A DNA stretch of 64,000 nucleotides, taken from Convolutriloba macropyga (taxonomy: Eukaryota). The DNA lies in contig NC_134470.1 of assembly GCF_964194025.1 (NCBI RefSeq), forward strand, positions 80,166,001-80,230,000. The letters run 5' to 3'. Position 1 is the stretch's first letter. The number at the start of each line of letters is the position of its first letter. The notes under the pieces were generated by a model. The model was not told the origin of the DNA. It searched no databases and was given only the letters and a program-made list of their open reading frames with translations. Shown here piece by piece: positions 63,991-64,000 of the stretch. The position numbers and the translations under genes are program-made.

Positions 63991-64000
63991 CATTCAGAAC

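Larger units (their letters stand above)
59310..64000 (+). mobile_element. Ty1/Copia LTR retrotransposon, decayed; 3' end outside the window; 5' LTR start approximate
   Basis: PBS, gag, two CCHC knuckles, IN (VFTDVMGP, RQDNAKEF, PETPQQNGLAER), KALEGKFVGY, RT (YKARYVAKGFKQ, LVWVDD), RNase H (SDAHWSGD, EDNQSCI, KHIETKFHF). Order is IN-RT-RH. Confidence 0.96.

Overview
AT-rich, repeat-dense eukaryotic (animal-like) genomic DNA; no prokaryotic features or CRISPR. One host gene is supportable: a spliced minus-strand Fuseless-family membrane protein gene (exons 16265-15981 and 7041-6852, ~8.9 kb intron). The rest is a nest of decayed mobile elements. A plus-strand LINE is split by a younger minus-strand LINE and by a full-length Gypsy LTR element (19078-33985, TSD ATCA). 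A second LINE is split by a BEL/Pao element (~41527-49959). These are followed by a ~8.9 kb hierarchical satellite (50200-59072) and a Copia element running off the window end. The most unusual observation is that the Gypsy element carries, between integrase and the PPT, an extra coiled-coil ORF ending in a DnaJ/J-domain (HPD motif), preceded by an array of palindromic motifs. Its LTR-PBS-gag segment is also tandemly amplified five times. All family assignments are from motif recognition by eye; no searches were run.
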